DNA from: a virus
Taxonomy: Duplodnaviria; Caudoviricetes
DNA: 31,878 bases
IMG/VR virus record: IMGVR_UViG_3300022839_000060
Span: 1 to 31,878 of that record
Reading direction: 5' to 3' (one strand)
Below, one piece after another: positions 26,711 through 31,878 of the stretch. The translations under genes were made by a program, and so were the position numbers. Position 1 is the stretch's first letter, and each line of letters begins with the position of its first letter. The notes beneath the pieces were generated by a model. It was given only the letters and a program-made list of their open reading frames with translations. It was not told the origin of the DNA and made no database searches.

Positions 26711-26819
26711 GAGGTATTCCCTTTCGGGTGGTCAGGGGTGGCGCCGGTCCCACGAGGGGAGCTTTGCCGGGATCGGTCAGGGAGAAGCGGCATGGCCGCC
26801 GGTCCAAGACGCGATTTCG

Positions 26820-27011
26820 TCAGCCTTTGGGTGGTTGCCCAAGGCTTTGGATGGCCCGAAGCGCCGCAATTTGGCCTCGGGCAAACTCGGTGTCTGGCAT
26901 GTCAACGCGATGCGCCTCGGTGACGAGGCGGGCGCGGTCCAGCATTTCCTTGGCGCGCTCGGTCACGCATCGCCACGTATCGCTGTGGCGATCAACGCGG
27001 GGGGCATCCAT
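26820..27011 (-). CDS. small conserved protein between portal and scaffold (63 aa)
   Basis: TGATG coupling to portal stop; TEFARGQIAALRAI motif. Confidence 0.75.
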   Translation of the reverse strand: MDAPRVDRHSDTWRCVTERAKEMLDRARLVTEAHRVDMPDTEFARGQIAALRAIQSLGQPPKG

Positions 27012-29272
27012 CAGACGGACCCCCCAGAACTAACGCCGGTGCGCTCCTGCATTCCAACCTCGACCGCCACGCCGCGCTCCTTGCTGGCACGGTCCTCGCG
27101 CCTGTCGAACGCTTTGGCGGCGCGATCGGCGTCGCCCTTGTTGGAAGCCTCCGCGGAAGTCATCATCGCGGTATCCTGCTGGATCAGGGCGATTTCCTTG
27201 GCCATCTCGTTGGTGGCGTTAGCCATGCCAACTTTGGCGTCGAGCTCTGCGTCGGCCTGTTCGATCTTGCGCGTCTCGATCTCCATTCGCCGCTGCTCGG
27301 CGCCGCCATCGCCCTCCGCCTCCGCTGCCTGAGCCGCCATGTCGTCCAGCATCTTTTTGAACTCATCGTCGGTCAGGATGATCTCGTCGGCCTTCAGCAT
27401 GTGCGCCTGCATGATCCGCCGCAAAAGCGGCAGGCCGTTGTCGCGCAGCATGGGGCCGAACACTGGATGGCCCCCGTAGCGATCCGCCATGGCGATCAGG
27501 TTTTGCGCCTGCATCTCGCGCACCATCAAGACGCTGGAGCCGCGCGCGATGACCTTGTGGTCGCCCTTGATTTCCTCGCGCGGGCTGAACTGCATGTTCC
27601 AGTCGAAAAATCGCCGGATCAGCGTCTCGGGCACGTCGTCATCGAACTGCTTCACGATCTTGCGGAACACGATGTTGCCCGCCGACGTGAGGATCGCCAT
27701 GCCCTGCGCGGTCTTCGTGACGCCCGTGCCCTGCTCGCCCTGCGCAAACGCGGGCATGCCTGCAACCTCATCCGCCAGCATCATGGCGCGCTGCTCGATC
27801 GCGAGCATTTCCCCAAGCGCGCTGTTGACCTGGAACATATCGAACGGCTTCGCGCCCCCCATGTTTCCAATGCTGTCGCGCTTCCACACCTTGAAAGACC
27901 GCGGTATCCAATCGCCGTCTTCCGGCTCGATCTGCGTCTTGTCGATGACAATTTGCGGACCAGCCGTGGCGCCGCCGTGGTCGAGGATAATCCGCCAGAC
28001 GCCGTTGATGATGCTCTGCGCGTCGTTGAGAAGCGACGGCATCCCTCGGCCAAAAATTGACGCCTCGTCAGGCTCGATGCGAAACACCGAATACAGCGTC
28101 TCGCCGCTGTCGAGCGGGTAGGGCGCCACCTTCAGGATCTCATAATCGCAAAACCAGACGATCGCGTTCACCTGGTCCAGAATGTCGTATTTCTCAGCTT
28201 CGTTCTCGCCCTCTTTGTCACCGGCGTCCTGGTAGAGCCCCTTCAGGTCGCCCGCCTCGATCGGCCCCGAGTATTCCCAGACGCAGTAGCAGCCCTTGTC
28301 TGTCGTCACCGCGCCCTCGCCTATGGCGCGCAGCTCGGACAGATACGCGCTTTCGCTTGTGCTGGCCGGGGTTTGAATGATCCGACGGATTGCGTCGCGG
28401 TCAAACCCATCCTCCTTCGCAAGCTCGCGCATCTGCTTTTTGTTCAGCATGTGGCGCTCAAAAACACCCTCGCCGTCCTCGACGTTGGCCACGCTCATGT
28501 CAGGAAAAAAATTCCACGGGTCCACGCGCTTCACGGTCGGCTGTTCGGGCTCGGTCCAGACCAGATCGAAAGCGTCTTCGGGGAGGCGATCTTCTTCACC
28601 CGGCGGAGCGGACGACTTTTTCCAGCCGCGGCGCTTTTTGCCACCGGCGATCGGGCCCTTTACGACCCCGGCGCCCATCTTGCACGCATCCATGATGACG
28701 ACGCGAGCCTTGGCGGGCCAATTCGACTCGTCAAGCTGATCCTTGATCTGCTCCTGCATGCCCGCAGCGCGCCTCACAGCCTCCTCACGCTCCGCCACCA
28801 ATTTCTGAGACACCGACGCGGCAGAATTGGCAAGCTGCCCTGCCGCCTCTGCGCCGGGCTGGCCCTGCTGCGCCTGAGCGGTGGCCGTCGCCTCGTCGGT
28901 GATCTGAGTGGCTTCGAGCGCAACGCGCACAAGCTGGGGATATGCCGTCGCCTCGATGCCCCAGTTCAAATCGTCGGTCGGAAACAGCATGTCGCTCAGC
29001 TTCGCGGCCATGGCGTTGGTCTTCACCCGCGTCACGTTGACGAACACCTGACTGCGCTCGCTATCGTCCAGCAGCTTTTGCGTCTTCTCGTCATAGACGC
29101 CATGGAACCGGCGCAGGTCGTCCAGCCACCGCACCTCAAGCTCGGAGCGATCCCCCTCGCGGCGGCGGACTTCCGTTTTCAGGTCATCAAGAACGCGAGA
29201 CGATGCGTTCATCTTTTGTGCGTTTTCATCGCCATCCTTGACGGTGGCGGCGTCTTGCGTGTTGTAGGCCAT
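27011..29272 (-). CDS. portal protein (753 aa)
   Basis: SQVFVNVTRVK, GAGVVKGP, RVDPWNFFPD, IFGRG, C-terminal helical barrel; follows terminase. Confidence 0.9.
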   Translation of the reverse strand: MAYNTQDAATVKDGDENAQKMNASSRVLDDLKTEVRRREGDRSELEVRWLDDLRRFHGVYDEKTQKLLDDSERSQVFVNVTRVKTNAMAAKLSDMLFPTDDLNWGIEATAYPQLVRVALEATQITDEATATAQAQQGQPGAEAAGQLANSAASVSQKLVAEREEAVRRAAGMQEQIKDQLDESNWPAKARVVIMDACKMGAGVVKGPIAGGKKRRGWKKSSAPPGEEDRLPEDAFDLVWTEPEQPTVKRVDPWNFFPDMSVANVEDGEGVFERHMLNKKQMRELAKEDGFDRDAIRRIIQTPASTSESAYLSELRAIGEGAVTTDKGCYCVWEYSGPIEAGDLKGLYQDAGDKEGENEAEKYDILDQVNAIVWFCDYEILKVAPYPLDSGETLYSVFRIEPDEASIFGRGMPSLLNDAQSIINGVWRIILDHGGATAGPQIVIDKTQIEPEDGDWIPRSFKVWKRDSIGNMGGAKPFDMFQVNSALGEMLAIEQRAMMLADEVAGMPAFAQGEQGTGVTKTAQGMAILTSAGNIVFRKIVKQFDDDVPETLIRRFFDWNMQFSPREEIKGDHKVIARGSSVLMVREMQAQNLIAMADRYGGHPVFGPMLRDNGLPLLRRIMQAHMLKADEIILTDDEFKKMLDDMAAQAAEAEGDGGAEQRRMEIETRKIEQADAELDAKVGMANATNEMAKEIALIQQDTAMMTSAEASNKGDADRAAKAFDRREDRASKERGVAVEVGMQERTGVSSGGSV

Positions 29273-30021
29273 CAGTAGCCAGCCCTCCCGTCAGCAGGTC
29301 TTGTCGATGATTTGGACCACCCGGCGTTGCCTACCGGGCGGACGCGAGCAACCAGCCGCCCAGAGGCGACCAGGTATCGAAGGCAATCCATTGCGTGATC
29401 GGTTTTTTTGATGATCTTGCCGTTTTCGTCGCGGCGGTAGAGTGAATATTCGTGGCGAAAATTGCTGAGCGTGTTGAAAACCTTGATGCGGCCCTCGCTC
29501 AAGCCCTCCCAAACCGCGTAGATCCCGCTTTCGACGCCGTTGTCCGCGTTGGTGATGTGAAGGCCGAGCTCCCGATAGGCGATCATCAGTTGCTCGCCGT
29601 CCTTCTGCGCCCGCCCATTCGCCGCCGGGTCGATCACGCCTTGAACCCAGTCGCCCCGGGCCTTGATTGCGGCCGCGTGAACGGCCGGCTTTTCGTGCCC
29701 GCGGTAATGCTCGGAGTAGACGTAGAGCGTCCGCTCCTCGCGGTTCCATGCCCCCCACAATGCCGCCGTCTTGTTCCAACCAACGTCCATGCCGTAGGCG
29801 CGCGGCCAATAGTCGGGGATCTCAAACGGCTTCACGACGATCTCGTCCCACGGGATCGGGTAGATCGCACCGGCGCCGAGCGATGGCGTGCCCCTTGAAC
29901 GGGGGCCGCGCAGGTGGGGCAGCGTGCCCCGGAGCAATTCCGCCTTGGTGGCGGCGTCGAGGTGCGGAACGTCGTCCCATCCAGCCGAGACGACATAGCG
30001 GCTGGGGCTGATTTCGGGCAT
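29272..30021 (-). CDS. terL: terminase large subunit, C-terminal nuclease half only (P22 gp2-like, 249 aa)
   Basis: WDDVPHL, RGTPSLGAGAIY, GMDVGW, VIDPA, NGVESGI, LYRRDENGKIIK..DHAMDCLRY; no Walker A/B. Confidence 0.9.
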   Translation of the reverse strand: MPEISPSRYVVSAGWDDVPHLDAATKAELLRGTLPHLRGPRSRGTPSLGAGAIYPIPWDEIVVKPFEIPDYWPRAYGMDVGWNKTAALWGAWNREERTLYVYSEHYRGHEKPAVHAAAIKARGDWVQGVIDPAANGRAQKDGEQLMIAYRELGLHITNADNGVESGIYAVWEGLSEGRIKVFNTLSNFRHEYSLYRRDENGKIIKKTDHAMDCLRYLVASGRLVARVRPVGNAGWSKSSTRPADGRAGY

Positions 30022-30338
30022 CAGTTGTTTGACCCGACGTGCAGCTTGTCCCCGATTTCGACCTCCATTCGCTCGAAACGGGCATCCATGCGATTGACCA
30101 CCCGCAAAATCTCCTCCAGCCGAGTGAAGATCACAGCAACGTCGCGCTCGACGGCTGACTGGCGGGCTTCCAGCGTCGTGACGCGGACATCACTGCGGTC
30201 TTGGCGCCGCTCAAGTTCATCCAGCGAGCTTGTGCGTTGGCCGACCCAGACGCCGGCGCCGATAACACCGGCCAGAACCGTCCAGGCGACGATCATCGTG
30301 ACCGAAAACGGGCGCTCCCCGTTGCTGGCCCCGCTCAT
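30021..30338 (-). CDS. single-TM coiled-coil protein (105 aa), possible lysis/membrane accessory
   Basis: N-terminal TM (VTMIVAWTVLAGVIGAGVWV) then heptad-rich region; ATGA and TGATG couplings on both sides. Confidence 0.7.
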   Translation of the reverse strand: MSGASNGERPFSVTMIVAWTVLAGVIGAGVWVGQRTSSLDELERRQDRSDVRVTTLEARQSAVERDVAVIFTRLEEILRVVNRMDARFERMEVEIGDKLHVGSNN

Positions 30339-30748
30339 CGGGCCCCCTCCGCTTCGGTGCGCCCGAAGATCACGGCGGGGATGGCGGGCCACAGCATCAA
30401 AATGGGAGTGACGGCGAAAAACGCGGCAGCGCCACCCGACCAGATCACTGAAGCGGCGACCGCGCCGACGATCGAGGTGGGCAGATCACCCAGCCACCAG
30501 TCGCGCAGCACGCGCACCGTGGGGCGTCGGTAGTATTGCACGGCCTCCCAAGCAAACCCCCATAGCGCAATGGTGGCCAAGGCTGCGGCGGTGGGATTGG
30601 CGCCCAGAAACAGGAAGCCAAAGCAAACCCATGCCGAGATTGCTTCATGGGCCAGTTGGTTCTGAGCGACTCTATGAGGGCGTTGAAGCTCGCCCCCGTC
30701 GCTCGTTGTGGTGTCTGCGATCAGGTCTCGCAGGCGGCTGGCGATCAT
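30335..30748 (-). CDS. multi-pass membrane protein (137 aa)
   Basis: 3-4 hydrophobic segments; H...WE..Q...D...D pattern; coupled to neighbours. Confidence 0.7.
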   Translation of the reverse strand: MIASRLRDLIADTTTSDGGELQRPHRVAQNQLAHEAISAWVCFGFLFLGANPTAAALATIALWGFAWEAVQYYRRPTVRVLRDWWLGDLPTSIVGAVAASVIWSGGAAAFFAVTPILMLWPAIPAVIFGRTEAEGAR

Positions 30749-31128
30749 CGGTCAGTCTCCACCGCAGTCAGCCCCATCGCTGCAATCGCTGCAAGCCCGT
30801 CTTCGCCCAAGATCGCCGTGATCTGCGTTGGCGATGCAAGCGGGCTGTCGTCCCCCTGAATGAGCGCCACAGCCGCTTGAGCGCGCGCGGCGCCCGCCAT
30901 GTTGACCAAGTTGTCGGTGTCCCAAGAGGGCCGCGCAAGCGCTGATGTTGCCAGTCCTAAGAACTGGGTTCCGATTATGCCAGACGCAGCGGAATACAAG
31001 TTCCCAGCGTCGTCCTTCCATGTTCCGCCGTTATAGGTCAGGGCATCGGCAGGACCGAACGCGAGGACCATTGCCAAGTGGTTGGCGTCAGAGACCATAG
31101 ACACGGGGCAGGCGATTGTAATCCTCAT
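30745..31128 (-). CDS. hypothetical protein (127 aa), possible fibre-associated protein
   Basis: starts right after the upstream stop; ATGA overlap with next gene. Confidence 0.7.
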   Translation of the reverse strand: MRITIACPVSMVSDANHLAMVLAFGPADALTYNGGTWKDDAGNLYSAASGIIGTQFLGLATSALARPSWDTDNLVNMAGAARAQAAVALIQGDDSPLASPTQITAILGEDGLAAIAAMGLTAVETDR

Positions 31129-31129
31129 G

Positions 31130-31878
31130 TCAGTATCCCCCGGTCACATTGACGGTCCATCCACGAGCGCGCAGGGTGTCGATAGCGGGCCGTCCTGTGC
31201 CCACGGACGGAGCCGTCCCGCCTGACTGGTCAAACTGGCGCGTCCCAGCCGCAATGCCCGAGGCGACAAGAGATGTGAGAATGTTGTCGATACTGGCTTC
31301 CGAAAGATTTGTGTTGGTAAAGGCGTCGGCAAATAAGCCCCCGCTTATATCGTCAAAGAAATTTGCTGGAAAATTGGCAAGTGAGTCACAGTTAGCCCAA
31401 GTTAGAGTGAAATTACTGCCGGAAGATGTGTCAAGCAAAGTCATGGTCACTATGCTGCTGTTGCCAATCCACGCCGCTCTAAAGTTTTCGACCACAGACG
31501 TGTCATACGAAGGAACCGTTACCTGGCCTGTGCAGCCCTCCCACGCAGACTGAAGATTTGTGCACGAGGACATATCGAGCAACGGAAATTGCGTGATTTC
31601 CGATCTGCCCCTCCAAAATAGGCGCATATTGGTAACTGCGCCGTAACTGGCGACCGCACCATTTGCGACCATTTCCGCCTCGGCTGCGGCCTTTTCGCCA
31701 GCGGTTAGCGAGCCGCTGCGAATAACCTGGCCCACCAGCGCTCCGCCGGGAAAGTATTGGCCGTTGCTTCTTCCGCCTACCTCATAGGCTCCCGCCGGAA
31801 TTGTCACCTCATAAGACGCCGTGCCCACATCGGTGCCGAGCACCATAGTTCCCGTCCAGCCACCAGCGGGAACGGTGA
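31130..31878 (-). CDS. C-terminal part of BspA/DUF285-like repeat protein (possible second fibre/adhesin), cut by window end
   Basis: frame stays open to the window end; ~23-aa repeats D[MT]SxxxN[FL]xx[AT]Wx[GN][CN]. Confidence 0.7.
   Translation of the reverse strand, partial: TVPAGGWTGTMVLGTDVGTASYEVTIPAGAYEVGGRSNGQYFPGGALVGQVIRSGSLTAGEKAAAEAEMVANGAVASYGAVTNMRLFWRGRSEITQFPLLDMSSCTNLQSAWEGCTGQVTVPSYDTSVVENFRAAWIGNSSIVTMTLLDTSSGSNFTLTWANCDSLANFPANFFDDISGGLFADAFTNTNLSEASIDNILTSLVASGIAAGTRQFDQSGGTAPSVGTGRPAIDTLRARGWTVNVTGGY

Noticed and set aside
2210-29898. Long plus-strand ORFs (e.g. 5438-6916, 9452-10729, 24398-25909)
   Set aside because: Antisense shadows of high-GC minus-strand genes; low-information Arg/Ala/Gly-rich sequence with no motifs
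30022-30392. Frameshift joining the upstream ORF to the terminase nuclease to restore a full TerL
   Set aside because: No upstream frame resembles a terminase ATPase, and the upstream ORF is a coherent TM coiled-coil gene
1-31878. Prophage boundary or integrase
   Set aside because: No integrase, att-like tRNA end or host genes in the window; free phage versus prophage cannot be decided

Overview
This high-GC window comes from a tailed (podovirus-like) phage or prophage, probably of an alphaproteobacterial host. Positions 1-2088 carry short plus-strand accessory genes, one with a sigma-70 region-4-like HTH. Positions 2261-31878 form one minus-strand late module. In transcription order it encodes an LRR/BspA-like protein cut by the window end, three small genes (two membrane), a stand-alone P22-gp2-like terminase nuclease half, portal, scaffold and an N4-gp56-type major capsid. 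It continues with decoration proteins, adaptor, tail stabilisation protein, a repeat-rich tail fibre and four probable ejection proteins. It ends with a 3910-aa DarB-like polyvalent protein (ParB-like, SF2 helicase, adenine MTase, two ART-like domains, HExxH peptidase, LPD38-like C-terminus), a GH19 endolysin with C-terminal TM helices and two spanins. The top leads are: (i) a 116-aa +1-frame gene with its own RBS nested in the giant gene, plus a weaker second one; (ii) an E-R/Q-R-like motif at four consecutive domain junctions, suggesting polyprotein processing; (iii) a split terminase; (iv) a promoter-driven structured small RNA facing the lysis genes; (v) repeated terminator/RBS elements. 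Family calls come from motif recognition by eye; no searches were run.
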